NCBI GenBank assembly: GCA_963708295.1
Contig: CAVPSJ010000013.1
Location: 224,001-288,000 of the forward strand
DNA from: an uncultured delta proteobacterium
GTDB taxonomy: Bacteria; Desulfobacterota; BSN033; UBA1163
Direction: 5' to 3'
DNA length: 64,000 bases
Part shown: in pieces, positions 63,293 to 64,000 of the stretch
How the letters are laid out: each line of letters begins with the position of its first letter
Numbering within the stretch: the stretch's first letter is position 1
The notes under the pieces: model-generated
Seen by the model: only the letters and a program-made list of their open reading frames with translations
The model's database searches: none
Told to the model about the DNA's origin: nothing
Made by a program: the position numbers and the translations under genes

Positions 63293-63922
63293 ATGACAAC
63301 CGAGGAACTTGCGGAGGTTATTCTGGCGCAACTGTACGAGCTTGCAGAGGAAGCCCCACATCCCAATTTTCTTTTCTCTGTCAATGATTTTCTGCCTAAG
63401 TTTGGTATAACTGACAGGGAAGAGGTTCAGAAGGCCCTTAACTACCTTGGAGACAGGGGATTCATCTACCTCGCCAGTCTTGATAGGGCTGGCGGAATAA
63501 GCGCAGGCCTTACGATCGAAGGGAGCGTCTTCGTGGAAAAAGGGGGAGAGACAGGTGTGGTCAAACAGGTCCGAACGAACCCCCAGACATTGAGAAAAAC
63601 CCTTTCCACACCTTCCCCCCGGCCGACGGATCGGGAAGAAACTGAGACAGTGAGTGAAGAGGCAGGGAACCTTATCTTCGCCCGCCGTGCGGTGGAGGCT
63701 CTACTGGAAGATATCGAGGAGATGCTTGAAAAGGATGATACCGTGGCAGAGGAGGCCAAGAGAGATTTGCTTTCCGATGTCGCCACATTCAAGATTCAAA
63801 TGGGACGAAACGTGAAAAACAGGCAAATCATCGTCGAATTGCTGGGCAACCTGTCCGGCACCGCATCCATCGCCCCTCTCGTCACCGGGCTAGGCCACAT
63901 CGTCGACGCCTACTTCAGATAA
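63293..63922 (+). CDS. Hypothetical protein with N-terminal winged-helix-like region
   Basis: ILAQLYE...ALNYL.DRGFI...LT.EG..FVE; extended -10 TGATATAAT upstream. Confidence 0.7.
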   Translation: MTTEELAEVILAQLYELAEEAPHPNFLFSVNDFLPKFGITDREEVQKALNYLGDRGFIYLASLDRAGGISAGLTIEGSVFVEKGGETGVVKQVRTNPQTLRKTLSTPSPRPTDREETETVSEEAGNLIFARRAVEALLEDIEEMLEKDDTVAEEAKRDLLSDVATFKIQMGRNVKNRQIIVELLGNLSGTASIAPLVTGLGHIVDAYFR

Positions 63923-64000
63923 CGCAACCATGTTCGGCGGGCTCTGTTCTGACCGGAGCGTGGCCCCATGACGGCCTATGGGTATGGCAGGGTAAAGGGG

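Noticed and set aside
63985-64000. TGGCAGGGTAAAGGGG as the 3' end of a minus-strand tRNA
   Set aside because: The reverse complement ends in GCCA with plausible stem spacing, but only 16 nt are in the window; the adjacent sequence is needed.

Overview
A 64 kb chromosomal window, most likely from an anaerobic deltaproteobacterium (Desulfobacterota-like, inferred from gene order and protein style) and probably from a long-read metagenome assembly. It is mostly housekeeping: tpiA-secG-tRNA-Leu, dacA, pyrR, recG, aminotransferase-hom, acuC, apgM-pyrG-kdsD-lptC-lptA-lptB/rpoN-hpf-ptsN-hprK-rapZ-EIIA-HPr-EI-metK-ahcY, an RND pump, ispG, purC, a DnaJ-like protein and mltD. It also has several MFS transporters, two nitroreductases, two HD-GYP modules and a B12-radical SAM enzyme. 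No CRISPR array, prophage, transposase or rRNA was seen. Main observations: (1) LptB and sigma-54 (RpoN) form one uninterrupted 761-codon ORF, which is either a real fusion or a single G-run indel. (2) There are four sigma-54-type -24/-12 promoters; one precedes the rpoN operon itself and two precede HD-GYP modules with enhancer-like sites. (3) Many intergenic spaces hold 7-bp-periodic inverted-repeat elements, sometimes nested, and there are two MITE-like elements. (4) A FecR/DUF6600 cassette abuts a truncated cardiolipin synthase. (5) kdsB, kdsA and kdsC are absent from their usual positions. (6) Single-base frameshifts cluster at about 32.8-42 kb in core genes and look like sequencing error. 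All family assignments come from motif recognition, not database searches.
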